Assembly: GCA_016748015.1 (NCBI GenBank)
Contig: JAAOMT010000503.1
Span: 583,669 to 647,668 of the forward strand
From: Geosiphon pyriformis uo1
Taxonomy: Eukaryota > Fungi > Glomeromycota
Direction of reading: 5' to 3'
Length of the DNA: 64,000 nucleotides
Within the stretch, counting starts at the first letter, position 1. Each line of letters starts with the position of its first letter. Both the position numbers and the translations under genes were made by a program. The notes beneath the pieces were generated by a model. It worked only from the letters and a program-made list of their open reading frames with translations, was not told the DNA's origin and made no database searches. Shown piece by piece: positions 49,240 through 62,300 of this stretch.

Positions 49240-50259
49240 TATTACTGAAGGTTTTTGGTTTCTTTTCTTGAATGTTGTTAATGTTGATTTACTGTAAATT
49301 TACGTTTCTAGGAAGTAGTTGGACTTCCAATAACTGAATTTATTTTCAAATTATCTCCTATAATTTGAACTGCTGAACTTATAAGTGAAATAGCCAATTC
49401 CTTGCCAGTTACTTTATGTAGTTATGTTGTAGTAAATATCAATTCTTTCCCAGAAATTGCTCATTTGGAAGCTCACTAAAAATGTGTAATTACTTTGCTG
49501 TGAAAGTCAACTCTTTTACATGAATCTTGTCTGTAAGCTACTCAATTGATTATGATAAGAAAAAAAATAAAAAATAAAAGAAATGTAAAAGAAATAAAAT
49601 TCTGTCAAGGGAAATGTTTTCTATTCAGGCCTGGAGTCACTAACAGTTTATTGAAATTGGTAGCTAATCAATTTCAAAACGTTGGTTGTGTTGAGGGAAT
49701 TTCAAGTGTAATAATTTAAGAATTTGGTTTTCAAATATTTAATTTTTATTTGATTTTGTAAAAGGTAATTTGTTTCAATTAAGATATCTAAAGTAAGATA
49801 CTATGATAAGATACTATGAGAAGATACATTTTCTTGAAGAAAGAAGCTTTTCTTTTATACAACTTGTTGTAGTACTATTTTTTAAACTTGCACTTTTCTC
49901 TTTTCTTCAATTTGGATAAACTAAAAATATATTTCGGCTAATTTACAAGTTATTTCACTGAACTATTGATTATTTCAGCAAATTTTGACTATGTTAAATG
50001 GTTCAGGATATTGTGTAATTTGATCATCTTAATTTCTAGAGTACAAATTGGATTATTGATTGAGTAATGATATTTGATAATTTGATTAAATAATAAGTGA
50101 TAATCAAAATAATAATAATATATGCTAATTTTTTTTTATTTCATTTACAAGCAAGATCCAAACACTATCTAGTACAATAAATTAACTAACTAATCTAAAC
50201 TAAGCATGAATCATGCATTTTCTACACGTGACCAGCTCCTCGAGCCAATTAGGACCACA

Positions 50260-53200
50260 CTAAACACCTATATGTACTGAAACTAAGTTTCCAACATCTG
50301 AGAAAAACAAACAAGACTTACGAAAACCAAAACTAATACCAATTGTCTCAACAACACCCAGCAACTTAACAACATCTGTAGAAAGCATTGCAGGCAGTCT
50401 TGAGACTGAAACTAAAGCCAAATCATCACTAAGTATCATTCTACTCTTCTCCATGCAAGCACAATGCTTAACACAAACCAACCAAACCTCATTCCTAAAG
50501 GCAAGATTTAAGTTACTCACAAATTTCACAACCTTTTGACCAGCTATTTTGGTGCCTCCAAAGACAGACACAGCTTCTCGAAGCCATTCTTTAAAGACAA
50601 AGCTCTTGCAAAGAGCTGTGCAAACTGCATCACTTAAAACACAGGAAAATAAAAATTGAGATATGCTCAAAGAGGAGACGAAAAGACCAGAAAGATGACC
50701 TTAGGCAACAGTGTAAGCCTCCAACAGACGACAATGAGTAGAATTATCTACTACACAAAAAAGGCATAGTCAGAAACTTCAACCTCATCACAATATAAAC
50801 ACAGCACACTGAGATAACATTTGTTATACAATCGCTTCTGTACAGTAATTGGCAGCCAATGGTGTAGAGCTTTCATGAAATATGTGCAAACACCAGCTGT
50901 GGATTTATTAGTAAAGCCAGCAGTTATGTGCAAGTCTGGATGCCACACCAATAATGAGCTAAACCAATCAACATCTGAATGCAGACTGCTATCCAAAACT
51001 CAAGAACCCAAACCAACCTCCCAGCATGCTTGATAAACAGACTGAAAGACCTTTTAAACAAAATGTCTAGAATTACCAGAGACAACATTCCTATCAGCTA
51101 AAATATAACATTCCTTTACATGCAGAATAAGACACCAAGGAGAAAAAGAAGCTGCATCAGCAAATACATCAGCATATTCATTGCCCATAACACCTGAATA
51201 GCCTTGTATTTTGTGCCAGCAAACACTCAAATCCTTTTCTCTAATAATGTTCACAATATGCTGATGCTTAACCCAACAACAATTCCTAAAATCCGGATAA
51301 GCCACACCTAGTTTGGATTTACAAGCATTTAAGACAGCCTAACTGTCTGAATAGACATTAACTGAGCTATTAGGAGGGACACATTCAAAAGCCAACACAA
51401 TGGTCTGCAATTCAGCTAAAGTAAAAAACATTAAACCAAAAACTCTGACTCCCAAACCCAAGCTTATATTTTCAAAAAAAACTGCAGTACCAGCTCTCAT
51501 GTCAATACTCTCTAAGCCTTTCAAAGATCCATCTGTATAAATAGAAAGGCTGTCAGTTTCAAGTTCCAGCAACTGATTATAAATCAGCCCAAACTCACTA
51601 GATTCTAAAATATCCAAATGCATAGTACCAACTACAGGTGAAAAATGGGCAGAGGGAGAAGCTACACTATTAAGAAAGTCAACAGAAAGCCTAAACCATC
51701 AGGAAACAGGACCATGTGAGTCCAGTTTTTTTCAACACTTGAATGTCCTCCAATCAAAAACAGTGCCATTCTTACAGCAAAGCTGTTCAACAAAGGCAAT
51801 ACTATATCTTCAAAAAAATGAAAGAAACCCAAAATAATCAGATCTGCCAAGAACAGATGATATGGGAGTACTACCACAAAAACGGAAAAAATTGTTCACT
51901 TGACTACCTAGAGACAGACTGCACCCAAGAAAAATATGAACTACACCTGTCAAAAAATTATTAAAAGCACTGACCTTGATATGAACTGAGGATGCCAAAG
52001 AGTGGAATGGACTCCAAGACAGAATCTGCAAGTCATGAGACCTGTGCAAAAACAAATGACCCAAAATTCCAACAGAGTTTACAAAGTACACAATGGAAGC
52101 AACTTTGCTTTCAGCTTGAATCTGCTCGAAAGTTTTCAAGCTATACAATGAAAAATGGCAAAGCATGTTATTGGGAAAATTGAGAGGTAAACCAGACTTC
52201 AGCTTTAAGCCTCTGCGAATCAAAGAATTTCACTTATTACACACACTGATAGGAACAAAGCTGAACTGTGTTCTGTAGCTGACAATAGGGTGGAGAACTG
52301 CTAACACCAGATACAAAAACTGCTTATCAGAAATGGCCTTCCTCAGAACCAGATTGGCAAAAAACTTAACATCAGAATCTGCTTTAGCCAAACTAGGCTT
52401 TGACAAACCCTTAGTCAATAAAAAAATTTCCAGGTAGTAATAAGACTCTCTCTTCTTGGCAATAGAAATAGGTGAATCACTGATAGACAAATTAGGACAT
52501 GCTATTCTGCAATTTATAGGAATCACCACTGTTTTGTCATTGTTAATAGAAATGTCATTAATTCAAAAAAATTCATTAGCAACATTGAGAATGTGTTGGG
52601 TTGTGGTTTGGCAGTTACCAATCCAGATTGTGTTATTAACAAAAGCGCCAGCAACAAGAAAAGACATTAAACCAGCTCAAGATTCCAAGCGACCAGTCTT
52701 GGCAACAAAATAAGAGTTCACTCTGCATCCATATATGCTCTCTTGTCTCTTAACTTCACACAAAAGAGAATCATAAAATATATGCCATAGAAATAGCAAG
52801 AACACTTCTCCCTGATCCAAACTATCATGCACTTGATATCTGTCTGTTAAACCAAAATCTGTTATCACCTTGTTAACTTGACCATTGTGAATACCACCAA
52901 AAAATCTAATGAACTTGTTACACATTTTTATTCTGACCAGACTGTTCCTAAGATGCTCTCACTCGACAGAGTCATAGGCCTTCTACATGTCCTGCAAGAC
53001 CAACCAGAGCTTATGGTTCTTTTCCAAAGCATTCTCAATAACAGAACTAACAGCAAAAATAGGAGATTGCATTATTGTACTCTTGAAAACTAAGAAATTG
53101 TCTTCGTGTAAAACATCAAAAGAGCTGCATGCTGAAAAAATTCTGTCCAAGAGAATCTTGAAAAGAATTTTGTGAGCAGTTTCAATCAAAGCAATAGATT

Positions 53201-54947
53201 GGATGTTCATAAGAACTCCTTTCCACTCATATGGTTTAGGAATTATTGAAACCCAAGCTTCTTTCTATGCACCAGGCATTGATTCACAAGATAAACAGAA
53301 GTTTAAAAGCACTAAAAGCATATCTAAAACCAATTTGTTACAATGCTTTCAAAGCTCATTTGACATTCCAGAAAAATCAACAGCTTTGTCATCAGGCAGA
53401 TTAGAAACCACGTTGAGTAGCTCATTAAAATTAACCAAGCACATTATATTTGAAAAAGCACCATTAAAAATGTATTCCAAAGACTGATATTGATGCAACC
53501 AATCATCAGAAAAATCTCTCACTACATTACGTTTTCTGGTCCAGTCTTCTATGATCTTATTAATCTTGGCCTTAATTAGGTTAGGTTCCAAAATCAGTTC
53601 ATTCTCAACCACCAAATGGTCCAAAACCACTTTTTGAAAAGGGTGCTTTAGCACACTCCTGATTGTGCTACTTTTGTTGACTGCAAAATTCTCCATATGA
53701 CTATCTATAGCTAACCTTATTCATGACTCTTCAGCTTACAAAGACTCTGCAAGCTTAGATGCACAATATGTCTTATGTACACTAAAAAGAGCTAAGCGCA
53801 CATGATTAAAACCCACACCAGAGTTCACAATCTCTTGCACAATTGAAGTCTTAACATTGTCCAAAGATTCCCAGCATTCCATAAAAAAAGCAAATCTATT
53901 AACATCTTCCTCATAAGAGACCTTAGCAATTTTTGAGACCAAAAGTTCTAGCCTATAAAACTTAAAAGATTCCTTAGTAAAAACACTATCATAATCCTTA
54001 GACCATTTTTTCCTGAATATTTTATTAGCTGATAGCATTATAATTTTGCGAATTGTGTTCCACATCACATCTAAGTCCAAGAATCGAGCAGAAATAGCAA
54101 AACTATTAGAGAACATGGCAGCATTGGCTGCTGTAGTGTCTTTAAAATTACCTCACTTTAAATTGTTAGCACCCTTAAAATCAAACTTCCAGCAATTCCT
54201 ATTTGCATGCCTGTGAAGAGAGTTCAACTGAATGTTCAACAAACCACCCAGACCCACAAACACAGAAACAGCTTGATGATTGGTGTTAAAGTAATTGCCA
54301 ATGTTTATAACATTGCAATCAACTACTATACTAACCAAATTTGACAAAATCAGTATAAAATCAATTGTTTTTTCCACACCTCTTGAGTTCTTCCATGTAG
54401 AACTCTTCAAGACCAAACTGTCCACCAAAGAATTGACCAGCCCCAAACTGACACACTTCTTAAAACTAACACTTCTTTTCAAACCATCTTTATTGAAGTC
54501 ACCACCAAAGATGATGAAACAAGATCTGTTAACAGCTTTGGCAATAAGAGAATTGATTTCTCCAGTCTGTGAAAACTGAGCCACAGATGAAGCACCAGCA
54601 TACAGCCCCAAGATAGACACAGAAAATTTATTTTTGAAAAGCAATCTAATAGATAGAAGCCAATTGGGAATCTCAGAAACCTTGCACACATGCTTCACCA
54701 AAGAAGAGTTCATGACAACCACAACACCAGCACTTAAATACTCAGAATCCAAACCAGAAGTAAACACATGAACTTTCTCAAATTTGCCAGCAATTCACAG
54801 ATGAACTTTATTCTTTAACTTAGTCTCAGTAAAAATCAAAATCAAGTTGCCCATATCTTTATGCCAATGGATAACGTCTTCTTGCTTGGCAGGAACATTG
54901 ATGTTCCAAACATTACATGTAGCTATCTTCCAGATCAAACCACTTAT
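50260..54947 (-). pseudogene. LINE J ORF2: APE endonuclease, RT, RNase H, C-terminal CCHC-like motif
   Basis: KIATCNV, TETKL, GGDFN, IDFI, TNH; IALIETAHKI, LQDM, QGEV, AFVN; YTDGSL..AELQ..YSDS..GNEYAD; CLYCDEVEVSDY. Confidence 0.93.
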
Positions 54948-56792
54948 TGAGACAAAGAGGATAACAAGAGACCCAAACCAGCACACAAATAATTTAACTT
55001 CACCAAAACTGAACTAACAGAAGTCTCAAGAGCCACCAACTTAGATTCCAAACTGCCAACCTTGGTTGTCAAGACTTTTGAACTACTCAGACCCAATATT
55101 GAGACACTAAGAGAAGCAGAAAAGGAGAGTGAGAGTACCAACTTAGAATCATCCATGATCATATCTAAAACCAAATTTTTCTTGGCAGCAATCAGAGTAG
55201 CTGAGACTTTAGGGGGGGAGCTAAAGCTTGTGGCTCCAATTTCATGTCTCTGAGTTTACACATAATGCCAGAAACTTGGTCAGTCAGCAACTCTAAGAAT
55301 CATTTCAAAGAGGCCAAACAAGCATCCAAAAATGAATCGTCAACCAAAGTGGGAGGAATACCATCATTTAAACCTAAGGTACCAGAAAAAAGAGAACCAA
55401 AACCAGAAGCAAAATGAAAACCACCAGAAGATCCAGCAAGTAAGACCACTTGGGCCCAAGATTTATCACCAAAGACAGCAGAATGAAATATTGGAACACT
55501 TTTTTTCTCATAAAACTTAGCCAATTAAAGACAACACTCATCAGATACAATTCTTTTAAATGTTCTTGAAGGCTTAAAGGTAGGCACAACAGATGTATCA
55601 CATTCCAGAGTGGAATAACCAAACTTCTCACATTTTTTACACCAAACCAGATCCATCCTTGCTTAAGAAGATTTAACACTGCCAAGAATTGGCTCTATGT
55701 AAAAGGCAGATTCCAGATCATTATTAGATTCAAAACCAACCACAGCACAATAAATCCTATTACCAGTTTTCAAAAATCTGTTTATGACACAAGTCTTCCC
55801 ACCAGCCCTTTTTAGAAGAGTCCTAAGATTATGTGCTGTTATTCTTATTGGCAAAGTAAACAAAAGTGCCCTGAAATGATCCCTTAATGCCCAGGTCTCA
55901 TGATCCCCCACCACTTTGGCAATGCACACAGAATCTTTACCAATCAGGAATGATCACTTAAAGACTAACAAATTAGCTTGGTTTACTTTAGCAAACTCTA
56001 CTACAGCTTTTTGCCACATTCCAATTAGTTGAATTTTGATCAATTTAATTTTCCCAAATTCAAATATTGCAGTGACAATTATATCCTTAGGTGTGTTCAT
56101 GGGAATTTTCTTAATCACCACAGTCCAATCTGATCTTATTCTTTGTCTCTTAAGATCACTGTTTATGTCAATTTCTTTTTTTCTGGCCAATAATGCAGCC
56201 ATTTTTATGTTCTTTTTTGAAGTAAATGTTGATCAGATGATCTCTTCAAATTTTGAGAGGGTAGTGGCCCTCCAAACTTATTGACTGATGAAAAAATTTT
56301 TCTGATGTATTGAGTTTTTGTCATCACAGATTTTCTTTTTACAGTACTAAGGTTGATGTCAAAAGCAAAAGACTTTCTGACAGACACTTCAACTTGAGAT
56401 TTGACAATTTTTGGGTCAACCCATTTTTTTTCAAGAGAAATTTTAAGAGAGAGAGGGAGGGGCACATCATCTTTATTTATTCCATAATCAATTGAGCCAA
56501 GAGGAGAGCCACAAACCAGATTGGAAGTTGCTTTTTTAGCTTTAGGGGTGTTTGTTGCCGAATCAAAGAAAGAATCATTACCAGTATCAAGAGAAATATC
56601 ATCGTCTCCACTATTACTAGATACACTGTCCATATCCGGATACACACCATGACTAGGACCAGATTTGACCAAAGAAATATCTTTTTTATCTCCAGAGTAT
56701 TTGACATTACCAACAGAAATCTTTTTTTTCTGAGAGAAAAAACCCCTAACAGGATCATGAAGAACCCCTATGGGCACCTTCTTTTTAGACAT
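54944..56792 (-). pseudogene. LINE J ORF1 (RRM-like plus zinc knuckle)
   Basis: MSKKK start at 56792; homologous to H ORF1; ends ..LLSSLSQ*. Confidence 0.88.
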
Positions 56793-57033
56793 AGTACTAC
56801 CTGAAGCAGCAGCCAGATTTACCACAAAAGGATTATTTGATTGAAAAATGTTTGCAAGAGACAGCAAGAAAAATAAAAAACTTCTTTTTCAAAAAAATGC
56901 TTTTTGGAGTTTTTTGGAAGTAAGAGAGAAAAGATCAATTTAAAATTTAGTTTTGCTAATTAATAATAGGAATTATGAGGGTAATTTCATGCTAATTAAT
57001 AGCTAAAATTCTACTGGTAACATAATCTTCTCC

Positions 57034-57710
57034 TCAAGACTAAGCTCCATTGAAGTTCAAGCACTATCTGTGATATCAAAATAATAGTCCAATATATTTG
57101 AAGTAACTTGGTCTGAAAATTGTTGAAATTTCAGGTTTGTGAGTTTTCCAATGTATTGAATCTTCATTGAATAGAGTATTGAATTTTGTAGGACGTTTTC
57201 ACAAGTGTTGAACAAATCATAGAGTTTAAAAGCTGCTCTAAGTTTGTAGCGAGTGTTTGTTGGTCTAGCTGCTGTCTTAAATTCATTGTAAATTTGTTTC
57301 TATATAGCCTTAGGAGTGATATTGGTTGCTTCCAGTTCCAGTTTTCGTTCATAAAGTGTTTTTCCAATATAAAAATATTTATATATAAAGGTATGTTTAT
57401 TGTTCTGTTTATTGAGGAATAGTAGAAGTTTTTGTTGCATTGTGGCATTTGGTGAAATGTCAATAAGGGCAATTAAAAGGTTTTCTTTTAGTGCTTGCTT
57501 CAAAAGTTCTGGTAACCTATTTCCAGAGTGACCTTTTGTTTTTTTTCTATAAGAGTGATAATTCTGAGAATTATTTACTATTGGAGCTGTGGTTTCTTTC
57601 TGAATATAGTTAATTTGACTTTTATTAATTGTTATGGATAAGTTAAGAAGTGTTTTCAAAGCTAACATTAATTTTTGGAATATTTGTTGAATATTTCGGA
57701 AAATAATCAT
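57034..57710 (-). pseudogene. Element G ORF3 (divergent)
   Basis: MIIFRNIQQI..YKYFYIGKTLYERK, then after a frameshift RAAFKLYDLF..IGKLT; stop at the PPT. Confidence 0.72.
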
Positions 57711-57880
57711 AATAAAATGACTAATTAATAACAAAGTTTGAAAAGAATAAAGAAAATTATTTTTTGGGTATAGAGTTTTTATTTGTTTTTGGGTTTAAAT
57801 ATTTCTTTGTAATTATTTACTATTTTTGATTTATGTTTTGTGGGTTATTAAAAAAAAGATTATTGTAAAATTATGTTGAA

Positions 57881-59251
57881 TTAAGTGTTTAAGTTTGGCT
57901 GTTGTTCTATTATAATTATTGGTTCTAAATTTTAGAGAATATCTTCAGGATTAACTAAAGGGGAATGTGTACCAATTTGTGGAATTAATGGTTCAGGATT
58001 GTTTCTAGAATAATAGTGTTTCAATCTATTTCTATATGCAACTTTTGCTAATACTTTGTCATCAAGTCTTAATTTGTATGATTTATTGCCTAAAATTTCA
58101 TGAATATAAAATGGTTTATCCCATTTATGTTCAAATTTTCTACTCCATTGTTTTTCAGTCTTAGTTTTGTGTAAGAGAACTTTATTTCCAATTTTAAATT
58201 CGTTGGTAACTGGTGGCAGTTTGTTGTCATGTCTTTCTTTTTGTAAGGCTTATGAGTGTTCAATATGAGTGGCTGCTATGTGTTTTTTTCCTTCTAATGT
58301 ACTAAGAAGAGTATAGACTCTTCTCTGGAATGTTTCTTGGAAGTTTTTTTTATTGATTGGTTGCACTGGATATGTTTCTACTGTGAAATTAATTGGTAAT
58401 GTTGCTGTTCTTCTATAAGTAAGATCAAATGGTATGTGTTTCATAGTATCTTGTTTTAGTGTTCTGTATGCTAGTAACACTGATGGAATAAAGATATCCT
58501 ATTTCTGCTCAAAATCTGTTGAGACTTTGGCTAAAGATTCACACAATGTTCTGTTGAAACATTCTACAAGTCCATTTGTTTGGGGGTAATAAGATGATGA
58601 TAAAGATCTTTTGACATTGAATTGTTCACAAATTTCTTGTATCAAGTTGTTTACAAAATGTGTTCCTTGATCTGATAAAAGTTCAATTGGACATTCATGT
58701 CTACAAATAAAATTTGCTACTGATTTTACATCTGCTCTTTGGATGGCTCTAGCTTCAGGCCATTTGGTAAGATAATCTACTGCAACTGCAATATAATGAT
58801 TTTCTTAAGTTGTGATAGGTAATGGTCCAATTAAATCAATTCCAACTCTGTCAAAAGATTGTTCAACTTTGATTGGATTTAAAGGTTTTGTGAGATGAGT
58901 TCCTTCTCTTCTTTGACAACTATCACAAGATTCTACATATTGTCAAATGTTTTTTTGCATGTTGGGCCAAAAATAATGTTCAAGAGTTCTTTGAATTGTT
59001 CCATCTCTTCCCAAGTGTGCTGAAGATGGATCTGTGTACATATTGTATAAAATTGTTCCTTTTTTATTTTTCTGTACTAGTCTGAGTGGTTGGTTTGGAT
59101 TTCTATGATTTTTGTAATAGATTTTGTTGTAGTGTATGAAATATTGTTTGAATTGGTATTGTAATCAATGTTTTTTACTTGAAGACCAATTTTCTGGCAT
59201 GATGAAAGTTTCCAAATAGTTTTTAAGATTGTTGTAATTTCTGAGATCTAT
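57881..59251 (-). pseudogene. Element G integrase ORF
   Basis: SSAHLG..CDSCQ; GIDLIGPL; SDQG; NGLVE; WDKPF. Confidence 0.9.
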
Positions 59252-59304
59252 TATTGTTTTGTTATTTTGTTAGTAGATGAGTTGTGGTGGATTTGTTGTT
59301 GGTT

Positions 59305-62300
59305 TTAATTTTGTCTCATTCTTAAGAGACTATCAACATTGGTGTATAGTTTTTCTGGTTTGTGGTGTATAATATATTTATAGTCTGCTAGGAAATCATT
59401 CCATCGAGACTGTTTGGCACTTTGTTTAGTTTTCTTTTTATTGAGCCATTTGAGGCCAATATTGTCAGTTATAATATTAAACTTTTTTCCATTCTTCAGA
59501 TATTGTTAAAAATGTTTAAGAACCCAAATGACTGCAACAGCTTTTAGTTCAGTTGAGCCATATTTGAGTTCTGTTGGTTTAAGTGTTCTACTAGCATAAG
59601 CAATGACTTGTTTCTGGCCATTTTTATCCAATTGTGATAAAATGGCACCAAATACTATGTGTAAAGCATTAGTGGCTAGTTGGAATTATTTGTTGAAGTC
59701 TGGGTAAGCAAGAACTGGGGCTATTGTCAATTTTGTTTTGAAAATTTCAAAAGCTTTTTGTTGTTCTTCTGTCCATTTGTATGGCACATTTTTGTTGGTA
59801 AGATAATTGAATGGTTTGGCAATTTTTGAGAATTCTTTGATGAATTTTCGATAGTAAGAGGCTAATTCTACAAATCCTTGTAGCTCTGTGGTATTTTTGG
59901 GAGTTTGAAAGTTTTTGACAGCACTAATTGTTCCAGGATTTGGTTTGACTCCATCTTTGCTAACAATATGTTCAAAAAAGATTAAGCTTATTTTTCCAAA
60001 GTGACATTTTTCAATGTTTAACTTTAATTCTACTTTCCGTAATTGTTGAAAAACTTCTTGCAAGTAAATAAGGTGGGCTTCAAAGCTTGATGAGTATACA
60101 TTAGTGTTATCAAGATAGACAACTACTGATTGTCATAAGAGTCCTTTATATACAACATTAATAAATCATTGGAATGTTGCTGGTACATTGCAGAGTCCAA
60201 AAGACATAACATTGAACTCATAGTTTCCTTCTTAAATAGTAAATGCTGTTTTGGGCCTATCTTTTGGGTCCATTTCGACTTGCCAGTATCCACTTTCTAA
60301 GTCTAAAGTTAAGAAGAACTTGGCTTTTCCTAAAGCATTTAGCATGTTATCAATTCTTGAAAGAGAGTAGGCATCTTCAATTGTAACACTATTCAATTGT
60401 CTATAATTAACACAGAATCTGATTTTTCCGTTTTTTTTTTTAACTAAAACTACTGATGAGGCCCAAGGACTTCTTGATGGTTGAATCAACCCGTTATTAA
60501 GCATTTTTTGGACTTCTTCTCTGATAAATTGGTGGCTGGCAGGTGGTACTCAATAAGCTTGTTGTCTTTTTGGTGAAGCATCTCCTGTGTGGATCTGATG
60601 TTGAACAATATCAGTTTTTCCAAGGTCATTGTTGTCTTTTGCAAATATATCTGCAAATTCAGCTATCAATTGTTTCAATTGTCTTTGTTGTTGGGATTCC
60701 AAGGGACCCATGTTGATTCAAGAGAGTTTTTCTTTCAAAAGGTGGTAGTTTTCAGTAGTAGGAATGATGTTTGGATTTGGAAGTAGTATATGTCTTATAA
60801 TTTCGATGAAATTAGAGACAATTTGAGGGTTTTCATCTTGAAAAATATTACTGTGTATGATTTTAATCTCTAATTTGTTTAATAAGACAATAGGGTAATT
60901 ATTGGGATTATAGAATATAACTCAAAATTTTTTCATTCCTTTGAAATATAAACGTTTGGAATTGAGATTTTATGCTTCAGACAGATTTGTTCATTGGCTT
61001 CAAAGATTTGTTAGATAGTGGTGGGTTTTAAGCAAGTGTAAATTTCATGATGTTCACCAAAAGATAAAATAGTAATTGGTTGAGGAAGTTGAAGAATCTG
61101 GTGAGATTCATTCTGTGTATTGAGAGCTATGTTTACTGGAACTGTAAATTGTCCAATTGAACCAAAACCTTGCATTTCTTTTTCACTTTTTCCCAATTGT
61201 TCTCTGTTGTTTACTGATTGTAAACCTGAAATGTTGATTAAGGGTAAGTAAATTGCTTGGGCAATTTTCTCAGCATGTTCAATCCTGAATGATTTGTCTG
61301 TTTCATTCTGTAACATAATAGTAATGTCTCTAGTATATCCTGTATCTATAACTTCTCCTCTAACATTGATTCTTTTGCTTGCCAATAATGATCTGGATGC
61401 AATTTGAACTATTGCTTCAGATAGAATTTCAAGAGCAATTTTAAGATTGATTTTTGTCAAGAATTTTGGTTGGAGAACCAAAGTATTTTTTCCTGAGTAT
61501 CTTAGATCATATTCAGCATCAATTTCGTGTGCTTTTTTTGGTCTGATTCTTTGGCCATGGTTGTTGAAATATTTAAGTTGTAGAGATGGTTGCTTTTCAA
61601 GAAGATAGATGGGGGTGGTTGGTAGTTTTTCTACTAGTTCAGATATTCCAAATTCGATTTCATTTTCATCATTCTTATCTGGCAGAGGAATGCTAAAAGC
61701 ATAGCATTCTAAACACCATTGGTTATCACAAGGCATAACACATTCTTCACACAATTGAATGTTTATTTGCTCTAATCATTGAATTTGAGCTTCTTTGGTT
61801 GGATATGTATGATTTGCAATTTGGTGGTAGGTTTCTATTTCATCTTTATAATCAAATTCAGCTAATTCCATGGTATACTCAATGTATTTAGCTTCTTTCA
61901 TTTGGCAGACATCTTCTTGGGTGGCTTTATTGATTAATGCCATTGCTAAGTCAAAAATTATTTCAGCATTATGAGGGTAGTGGTAAAGTTTATTGAGAGC
62001 ACTGTTATATGCTGCATTAAATAGTGTTCCTCTTCTGACTTTTTCTGAAATTGATAGAGCATATTAACAGATTTGATTACATACTCCTCCTCTTATTGCA
62101 ATATCAATCCAGTTGCATTCTTCTGGTAGTATATCTTCACATGTGAGTTAAGGTGTGTTGTTCCATTTTCCACTTCTCTTTGGAGATCCAAATCGTTCTC
62201 TATGATATGCTTTGTAAAAGTAACAGATACGAGTTTCATATTCCTCTTCTGAAAAAATACATGTTTTTATTGATGAAAGTTTCTTGTTGCAATCTTTGCA

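Larger units (their letters stand above)
50131..56953 (-). mobile_element. LINE J: full length (~6.8 kb), inserted in the G LTR
   Basis: Poly-T at ~50129-50137; TSD TGCTAATT (50123-50130, 56954-56961); 5' UTR, ORF1, ORF2, 3' UTR. Confidence 0.92.
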
